From NCBI RefSeq assembly GCF_009914755.1, contig NC_060925.1: a DNA stretch of 64,000 nt, one strand, 5' to 3'. The notes beneath the pieces were generated by a model. That model made no database searches. It was given only the letters and a program-made list of their open reading frames with translations, and was not told where the DNA came from. This DNA comes from the human T2T-CHM13v2.0 reference genome, Homo sapiens. Made by a program: the position numbers and the translations under genes. Positions 55,719-64,000 of the stretch are shown here, one piece after another (within the stretch, counting starts at the first letter, position 1; every line of letters starts with the position of its first letter).

Positions 55719-56966
55719 AAAAATTTCAACTTTTATTTTAGGTTCAGGGATACATGTGCAGGTTTGTTACATGAGTATATGGCATAATGCTGAGGTCTGG
55801 GTTACAAATAATCCTGTCATCCAGGTAGTGAGCATAGTACTCAATAGGTAGTTTTTCAACCCTTTTCCCACTCCCTCCCTCACCCATCTGGTAGACCCCA
55901 GTGTCTATTCCCGTCTTTATGTCCATTTGTACTCAATGTTTAGCTCTTACTCGTAAGTGAGAACATACGGCATTTAGTTTTCTGTTTCTGCATTAATTCC
56001 CTTAGGATAATGGCCTCCTCCTCCTCCAGCTGCATCCATGTTACTGCATAGGACATGATTTTATTCCTTTTTGTGGAGGTGTAGTATTCCATGATGTATA
56101 TGTACCACATTTTCTTTAATCCAGTTCATCGTTGATGGGCATCTAGGTTGATTCCATGTCTTTGCTATTCTTAATAGTGCAATGATGAACATACAAGTGC
56201 ATGTGTCTTTTGGTAGAATGATTTATTTTCCTTTAGGTATATGCCTAGTAATGGGATTGCTGGGGGGAATGGTAGCCTAAGTTCTTTGAGAAATCTCCAA
56301 ACTGCTTTCCACAGTGGCTGAAATATTTTGTTTCCACCAACAGTGAATAAGCTTTCCCGTTTCTCTGCAGCCTCAGCAGCATCTGTTATTTTGTAACTTT
56401 TAAATAATAGCCATTCTGACTGGTGTGAGATGGTGATCTCATTGTGGTTTTGATTTGCACTTCTTTAATGATTAGTGATGTGGAACGTTTTTTCATATGT
56501 TTGTTGGCCACATGTATGTGTTCCTTTGAGGTTGTTTATGTCCTTTGCTCACTTTTTAATGTGGTTGTTTGTTTTTTGCTTGTTACACTGCTTAAGTTCC
56601 TTATGGATTCTGGATATTAGACCTATGTCGGATGAACAGTTTGTGCATATTTTCTCCCATTCGGCAGGGTGTCTGTTTATTCCGTTGGTAGTTCCTTTTG
56701 CTGTGCAGAAGCTCTTTAGTTGAATTAGGTCTCACTTATCCATTTTTGTTTCTGTTGCAATTGCTTTTGAGGACTGAATCGTAAGATCTTTGTGAAGGCC
56801 AATATCCAGAAAGGTATTTCCTTGGCTTTCTTCTAGGATTTTTTATAGTTTTAGTCTTACATTAAGTCTTAATCCATCTTGAGTTAATTTTTCTATATGA
56901 TGAAGGGTAGGGTAGGGATCCAGTTTTATTTTTCTGCATATGACTAGCCAATTATCCCAAGAACAA
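55719..56966 (-). mobile_element. 5'-truncated L1PA15/16-like element
   Basis: ttcaacttttattttaggttcagggatacatgtgcagg; degenerate TSD gtggaaactttt/gtgcaaatttt. Confidence 0.92.
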
Positions 56967-57779
56967 GTGCAAATTTTAAAGGGGTAAAAGAGTAGGTTTA
57001 TTTGGGAAGGGAGGTGAAGTGGAGGTCAATCAATATGTTTTTCCTAGAGAGGCTTTCTTAGTCAGAGGCTAAGATAGATGCTGTGTTATCCATGTAGGTG
57101 AGCCTATAACATTTGTGATGATGCCCTTGTGTACAAATGACTTCATGGCATTCAAAGTTAGTATATGGAAGGCAATGCTAAACTAGTGGTGTCTTTTTTA
57201 GTGTACTCTGAAGTAGAGATTAAGAGGAACAGGGGAAGTAAAGGATTAGAAGGGTCCCAAAGCCCTTCTTGATTATTCTCAAGCCAGCCAGAGCCCACAC
57301 ACCTAAATGGTTCAATACTCTATTTTTAAAGCAGTTCCTTGCCCTGATGGGCAGTAATGGTACTCTGGCCCCTAACAGTCATCTTTTCCAGCTTTGCAAG
57401 TGCAGAGATTTCCAGGAGGGTGGAGTTGAGGAATAAAAAGGTAAGAGGGGCAAAACCATCTAAAACCTGCCCACCAGTGTTATGGCTGGGTACAGAACCC
57501 TTCCTTTGTGACCTGAAATACACCTGACACACAGGCCAGAATAATAGAAATAGGCTTAAGTCAAATTAAATCCAACAATATTTGCTAAATTGTGATTCCA
57601 CATAAAAATAGTTTCCATAAGCCCTCTGTTGAGATGAAATGGGAAGTGTTTATAGAAAAGACAAGACAAAGTGTGTGCCTTGCACAGAGTAGAGAATCTC
57701 CTTTGTGCCCAATTCTTCCTCTCCCCACAATTTTTCTCAAGGCTGTTGATTTTTTTTCTTCATCTCTACTTAGACACAA

Positions 57780-59362
57780 CTCCTTTCTCTACGTCTCACT
57801 AGGGCTCCTGCAGCCCCTTCTCAACTGTAGTTTCTTGCTTCTTCTCTAGTCTGTTTCCCACAGGGTGGCCAGAGTGATTTTCTTATAACTAATATGCCAG
57901 ATTTTGTCACTCCCTGCTTAACACATCCAGTGATTTCCTTTGTACTTAGAATAAAACCCAACATTCCTTTGACAAAAACCATGCTATTGAGGTATTATTG
58001 GCATACCAAAGGCTGTCTACAACTTGATGACTTTGGAGGTAAGTATACATCCATGAAACCATCACCATGATCCATGCCATAAACTTGTCCATTCCTCCAG
58101 AACTTTTCTCCTGCCCTCATTACTCATTGCTCTTATTATTTTATGATAAGAACACAACATAAGATCTACCCTTTTAGCAAAATTTTAAGTATACAATATA
58201 ATATTAGTATCTGTGGGCACTATGCCATGCAGTAGATCTTCAGAACTTATTCATCTTATGTGACCAAAACTTCATACCCTTTGACTAATACCTCCCTGTT
58301 TCCCCTTCCCCCCAGCCCCTGGCAACCACCATCCTACTCTGCTCCTATGCGTTTGACTCTTTCAGAGTCCTTATAGAAGTGGCATTATGTAGTATTTGTC
58401 CTTCAGTGGCTGGCTTATTTCACTTAATAAAATGTCTTCCAGTTTCTTCCGTATTGTTGCAAATGGCAGGATTCCCTTTTTAAAGGCTGATAGTATTCCA
58501 TTGTATGTATATATTACATTTTCTTCGTTCATTTGTTGAAGGACATTTAGGCTGCCTCCATGTCTTGGCTCTTGTAAATAATGCTGCAATGAGCATGGGG
58601 GTACAGATATCTCTTCCATATATTGGTTTCCTCTCCTTTGGATATATATCCAGGGTGACATTGTTGGATCAAATGGTGGTTCTATTTTTAGTTTTTTGAG
58701 AACCTCCATATAGTGTCTGTACCAATTTACATTTCCACCAACAGTATAAAAGGGTTCCCATTATTTCACCTCCTTTTCAACAATTGTTACTTTTTTTTTT
58801 TTTTTTTTAAATAGCAGCCATCCTAAGGGGGAATAGATGTGAGATGACATCTCACTGTGGTTTTGGTTTTCATAAAACCCAACATTTTATCATGGCTTAT
58901 GCGGTCTTGAGTCACAGGGCTTCTGCCCACTTCTCCACTTGCAATCTAAAACATTTGCCTATTTTCCTTTAACATTCGTGGACAAACTTTCTGTTCCTCC
59001 ACATGCAAAGCCCTTCCCCACTCCCAGCCTTTGCTGTTGCTGTTCCATCTGCCTGGAATGCTCTTTCTCCAGCTCATTGAGTGGCTGTCCCATTCTCAGA
59101 TAGAAGGCAGGTCTTCCCTGACCACTCCATCTAAAAGGGCCCTCCTTAGGTACTCTGCTCCTCACCCCATTTATTTTCTTTGTAGCACTTCCTAGAATTA
59201 GTACTTATTTATTATTTTTCTCACAATATACACACTGTGAGGGCAGATAACTTGTCTTGTTCATTGCTGTGTCTTACACAGCCTAGAACATTTAGAGGAG
59301 TTTATAAAACATTTGTTGAATGACAACAAATGTGAATGGAATGAACAAATGAATGGATGAGT
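57780..59362 (+). mobile_element. L2 element split by an L1M
   Basis: ggccagagtgattttc...tgttccatctgcctggaatgctct...ttgttgaatga. Confidence 0.82.
57966..58871 (-). mobile_element. L1MA9/10-L1MB 3' end
   Basis: cccagcccctggcaaccaccatcctac; 15-bp TSD ataaaacccaacatt (57951-57965/58872-58886). Confidence 0.9.
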
Positions 59363-59608
59363 GACTAAAAGGAGCTGTACTTTCCTAATCTTTTGTTTGT
59401 CATCTCAGTAAGGTGTTTTATCATGGTTTAGCTATAACCCTCAGCTAGTTTTTCTGGGTCACTACCAAGAAATGTCTCATTTTTCAGAATTGTGTATGAA
59501 ATTGAAAAAGCTGGAGTGTCTTGGATCAGATAAAGGTAACAATTTTAACTAGTGGAGAATGTCTCACCAGAGAGGTAAAATTTTTTTACAAATGTTAACT
59601 GATTAACT

Positions 59609-60320
59609 CCAATACCCCCACATCCCATAGCTTTATTGAGGTATAATTGACAAATGCAAATTGTATATACTTAAGGTGTACAATGTGGTGCTTTGATATA
59701 CATATACATCGTGAAGTGATTACCACAATCGAGCTATTAATATATCCACTATCTCATACAGTTACCTTTTATTTTTATGTGGTGAGAACATTTAAGTAAC
59801 ACCTTAAGATGGCTATTATCATAAAGTCAAATGATAACAAGTGTTGGCCAGGATGTGAAGAAAAGGGAACCCTTGTATACCTTTGGTGAGACTGCAAATT
59901 GGTGAAACCATTATGAAAAACAGTATGTAGCATCCTCAAAAAAACTGAAAATAGAACTACTACTATATGATCCAGCAATCCCACTTCTGGGTATGTATCC
60001 AAAGGAATTGAAATCCGTATCTGCATATTTATGTTTATTGAAGAATTATGTACAATAGCCAAGATGCAGAAACAATGTGTCTGTCGACAGACTAGTGGAT
60101 AAAGAAAATGTGAAACACACACACACACGCACACACACACAGTCCCCAACTTTTATATTTTTTGACTTTATGATGAGTTTATTGGGGTATTAAATGCATT
60201 TTGGACTTATTTTATTTTCAGGTTACAGTGGGTTTATCAGAATATAACCCCACTGTAAGTCAAGGAGCATGTGTACATATATCTACGTACATATATACCA
60301 CAGTGAAATATTATTCTGCC
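59609..60320 (-). mobile_element. 5'-inverted (twin-primed) L1MA: 3' end on minus (59628-59796), upstream part on plus (59800-60320)
   Basis: Orientation switch near 59797; 14-bp TSD ttaactgattaact (59595-59608/60321-60334). Confidence 0.85.
60140..60273. mobile_element. MER47/Tigger5-derived MITE, preceded by (CA)n at 60115-60141
   Basis: gggtttatcagaatataaccccactgtaagtcaaggagcatgtgta. Confidence 0.75.
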
Positions 60321-60639
60321 TTAACTGATTAACTTTCAACTGCCCAATGTGTCAGGTTACAAGACAGATTAGCGGGTTAGTGGTTAGGGGAAAAGCAGGG
60401 ATCTGTTTACAGATCTGAGGCACAAGCTGTCAATCCCCTCTGCTGATGAAACTTGGGTGGTGTGCGTTGGAGAGCAAATGCGAAAGTTATAGCCCAAAGG
60501 AAAGGACAGAGGGTGGTGTGGGGCTTATCTTCCTTCTACCATTCCCCTTCCAGATCTGAGGTTTTATTTCTGAATCTAATGAGTCCCACTACCTGCACAC
60601 AGGGTGAACCCGTAATGAAGACTGCTTAACAATTATTCA

Positions 60640-61447
60640 AACATCCCTCTTCCGTATCCTGTAGCTGAAGTAGCAAACCTAGACTCCATCCTTAGTTCTT
60701 TCTTTCCTCTCCCACGTTCCCAGTCTAATCAGCTGCCATGCCCTAACGTGTTAAACTTACTTCTTAAATGGCTCTGGACTCTTCCAATTCTGTCTACCTC
60801 CACTGTCACTGCCCTAGTCCACATCACCAACTTCATTTGCCTGGACAACTTCAGCAGCATCCTGAAGCCTTGAGTTAAGTTATCCTTAAATGCATCCTCT
60901 ACTCCAAAGCCAGTGATGCTCAAGGGTGCCAATCAGATCATGCTTTTCCTCTGCTCGTATCCCTAAATAACTTCTCTTGGCCCTTAGATGAAGTCTTTAC
61001 CTGACTTAGAGAACCTTCAGGAGTTTGCCCTTATCTTTTACTTCTTTCCAACAACTTCCCATCTCCTCCATTCCAAGTAATTTAAATTGTAAGACAGTGG
61101 ACTTCTTTCAGTTCATCAAATACCATGGACCTTCTTTTCTTAAGACCTTGGAAAATCCCTCAGCCTGGGATCCTCATTCTTCCCTTCCTCAGTTGGCTGG
61201 CTCCTATTGATCCTTTAGGTTGACTGGAGTGGCATTGCTTCTAGGAAGTCTTTCCTATTCTCCCAGCTTAGATTAGGGACCTTTACTAGATCCTCCTTAG
61301 ACAGATGGTACTTTCTCTATCACAACCCACATCCCTGCTAGATGCAAAGTCTCCTAGAGAAGAGACACCTTCTAGTTGGTTCATGATTCCTAATGGATGG
61401 CACAGTGCCTGGCACATAATAGGTGCCTAATAAAAGTGTATTGACTA
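60640..61447 (+). mobile_element. L2 element (3' part)
   Basis: ctccactgtcactgccctagtcca...acagtgcctggcacataataggtgcctaataaa. Confidence 0.85.
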
Positions 61448-61738
61448 GGCCGGGCACGGTGGCTCATGCCTGTAATCCCAGCATTTTGGGAGGGCAAGGT
61501 GGTGGATCACTTGCGGTCAGGGGTTTGAGACCAGCCTGGCCAACATGGTGAAACCCGTCTGTACTAAAAATACAAAAATTAGCTAGGTGTGGTGGCACAT
61601 GCTTGTAATCTCAGCTACTTGGGAGGCTGAGGTGGGAGGATCACATGAAACTGGGAGGCAGAAATCAGTGAGCTGAGATTGTGCCACTGCACTCCAGCCT
61701 GGGCGACAAAGCAAGACTCTGTCTCAAAAAAAAAAAAA
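61448..61738 (+). mobile_element. Alu (Sz/Jb-like)
   Basis: Dimeric Alu with A tail; TSD gtg(ta/cg)ttgacta. Confidence 0.95.
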
Positions 61739-61999
61739 TGTGCGTTGACTAATATTCCTGTATTGTTTCCCAATATACTCAGTGGTGGTTGTTGGAAGAC
61801 CCTGTTACCATGCACTGTTCCATCCTAATACTTACTTTTGCCTTCACCCTGTTGGACTGTGCCCTGTGGTATTGTCACATGGGCAGCCTCCGCTCAACCC
61901 AAACACGCCCAGACTTTGGCTTTTCTGGTGTCTGTCTCACCTTAACAGCCAGGTTCGGTTTTAGGTCAGCTCCTGTCAGCATGACCTGTTCCAGTAACT

Positions 62000-64000
62000 C
62001 CTGCCCAGTTCTTCCATTAGATAATGGCAATAGTCAGAAAAAAAAAAGATAGGTATTCTTAATACTCATTATTGAGTATAAGGAAAGGGAAACAAAGGTG
62101 AAAGGCTGGTCTTTGGCAGCCACTTCTTACAGGAAGAGGCCTTAGGCCATGGGTAGTACACATATCGGGAACTTTTCCAGATTCACAGTTTCCAAATGCT
62201 GTAACTCCAGAACAAACTAAATGGCAGACAATGAAATATCTGGGATAAGGTCTGGATGTTCAGGGAGTTGGTAGATTGCTGCTCGATCTTGCCCACGCTT
62301 GAAAAACCTGTTTCAAAAGACAATCAAAATGCTCCGCCATCCCGTCCCACTCATTTTCACTGAAGGGCTTTGATTTCAAGTGTGAGGTTTGCCTTACTTT
62401 GGGGATGTCAGTGAAAGTCCTGAAGCTTGCCTGTCAATTTAGATCTCAGTGGTCTGATTCCATGAGGAGAATTTCCTTCCTACTCCTTTCCTCTCAGACA
62501 TTCTCTTCCATAAGGTGCAGTTTGACACTCACCCATGAACATCAAGAAAAGTGCTAAAATTGGATTTTTTCAATCCAACTGTCGAAAATAACAAGATGTA
62601 GCAAGGAAGGGAATTGTAGTAATAATCTTGACCCCTTTCCTACCTCCTTTGGCCTATCTTTGGTGCTCCCTTCTCAATATTGCCATAGAAACCGATGACT
62701 CTTTCTTGTCAGAGTGATTATACCTTTTCAGATTTTGACAACTAGAAGATACAATTGAAAGAAGCCTGGAGTCTTTAATTCCAACTTCCCCCTCCCACAT
62801 GGGTGCTGCTTATGCAAATTGGAGAAAATAGGCTTTGTTATGTTTTATTTTGTATTCTGCTAACAAATAGAGTGCATCTGTTTGGTGCATGTGTGAGAGG
62901 AAGAATACTGGTTACCCAGACATATGGGGAAGCGTCAGATTTTCTTGGTTTTATTATATTACTTTAACTGTCTGCTTGACAGATACAGTAATCATTACTG
63001 ATTGAAAATACCTTTGTCAGACAGCAGTTTCCTGTGATGGGCATCCACACGGTTCTGCATAATATATGGGGTTGACAGCTTGCAGGGGAAATCCAGAAAA
63101 AAAAAGTTGTGAAAGGGAAAAGCTTATTTTAGCCAGCAGACTTGGAAATTTCACAGACGTTATAGGATTCTTTTAAAGCTACGCATGATTTCTCCTCATC
63201 AGCTGCTAATTAAGGACATTAATTTATCTATTTGTTTGATACTGGAAACATAAGGCTTAGTTCAGCATGAGTTATAATTCATCATGGTTTTAGTATCTTT
63301 TGAATAATTCAAAATTATGCTTTGCAATAAATGATTTATGAGGAGTTTATAAGTACTCTTATTAAATCAGCATTTTTTATGTATTATTCTTTGGCATTAT
63401 GAACCTCTGGAGACCATTAAAGTTTATTACACAGTGTTTATTTTAATAAGAACCTTCTGACTTTCTCAAATGCCTAAGCATTATCCACAAGTTTCTTTCC
63501 AATATTGAATGCGGCTCTGGTTGTAAGGGAATTTTCTTCATCAATACTTTTGAAAGAAAAATCAGTGAATAGTCAAAATTTCAGCTTTTATGTAATGGCT
63601 TGTGTTGGAGCTTCCTAGTCATTTTTACTTCGTGATGCACGTGTAAACTTCCAAATTTGCAGCAGCAGCACTGGCACGCAGTGAATGGGCGCACATCTGG
63701 AAAACAGCAGCACTGACGGCTGCAGGGAAGGCTTGTGCTGGATGCCACATATCCACTGCACCTGAAGCTGGCTGGGTCCTCAGGTCTGACTCTGGAGGGA
63801 GAAAGGAGGGACAGGGACTGATGGAGAAACTGAAAAAGGATGAGAGATTGTTGGACCTGCATTGTGCTGGGAGCATTTTAATTGAAGAATTGTCTGAACT
63901 TGACACAAAAAACCAAACTTACTTTCCAGAGATACGGATAGACAGACAAACCCTCCCCCATCCCACATACCCTCCTCCCCCACCCATCACACACACATGA
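62000..64000. promoter_or_regulatory. Repeat-free, motif-rich region; candidate enhancer or promoter-proximal sequence
   Basis: No recognisable TE for ~2 kb; ATGCAAAT 62812-62819, TGACAG at 62977 and 63073 (and minus 62431), TGATTTATGA 63332-63341, X-box-like ATTGCCATAGAAAC 62679-62692, CACGTG 63638-63643, CATCTG near 63694. Confidence 0.45.

Noticed and set aside
63655-63730. agcagcac resembling a miR-15/16 seed or an RE1 half-site
   Set aside because: No matching mature miRNA or clean hairpin seen; RE1 right half absent
63581-63906. Two 93-aa minus-strand ORFs (Cys-rich, Ala-rich)
   Set aside because: Composition comes from cag/gca triplets; no recognisable protein

Overview
Repeat-dense primate (human-like) genomic DNA, most of it transposable-element relics: L1 of many ages, AluJ/S and FLAM, L2, MIR, about 14 ERVL/MaLR/ERV1 LTRs, a near-complete Tigger1 and several hAT/Tigger MITEs. 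I can support no intact protein-coding gene, RNA gene or CRISPR array. The supplied ORFs are L1/Alu fragments, low-complexity frames or unrecognisable. Subfamily names are by-eye comparisons with remembered consensus sequences, not database results. The most notable items are: (1) a heavily decayed but readable ERV-L-type gag-pro-pol provirus (~4300-7950, minus) missing RNase H and apparently joined to a MaLR-like LTR; (2) several small locally templated insertions that look like DNA-repair scars (12002-12091, 23503-23538, 42291-42357, 16938-17002); (3) a ~1 kb AT-rich minisatellite inside an MLT2A LTR; (4) a candidate 169-nt plus-strand exon (27598-27766), consistent with a strong minus-strand bias of L1/Alu insertions; (5) a repeat-free, motif-rich terminal 2 kb that looks like an enhancer or promoter. 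I do not see convincing evidence of a new multi-gene biological system.
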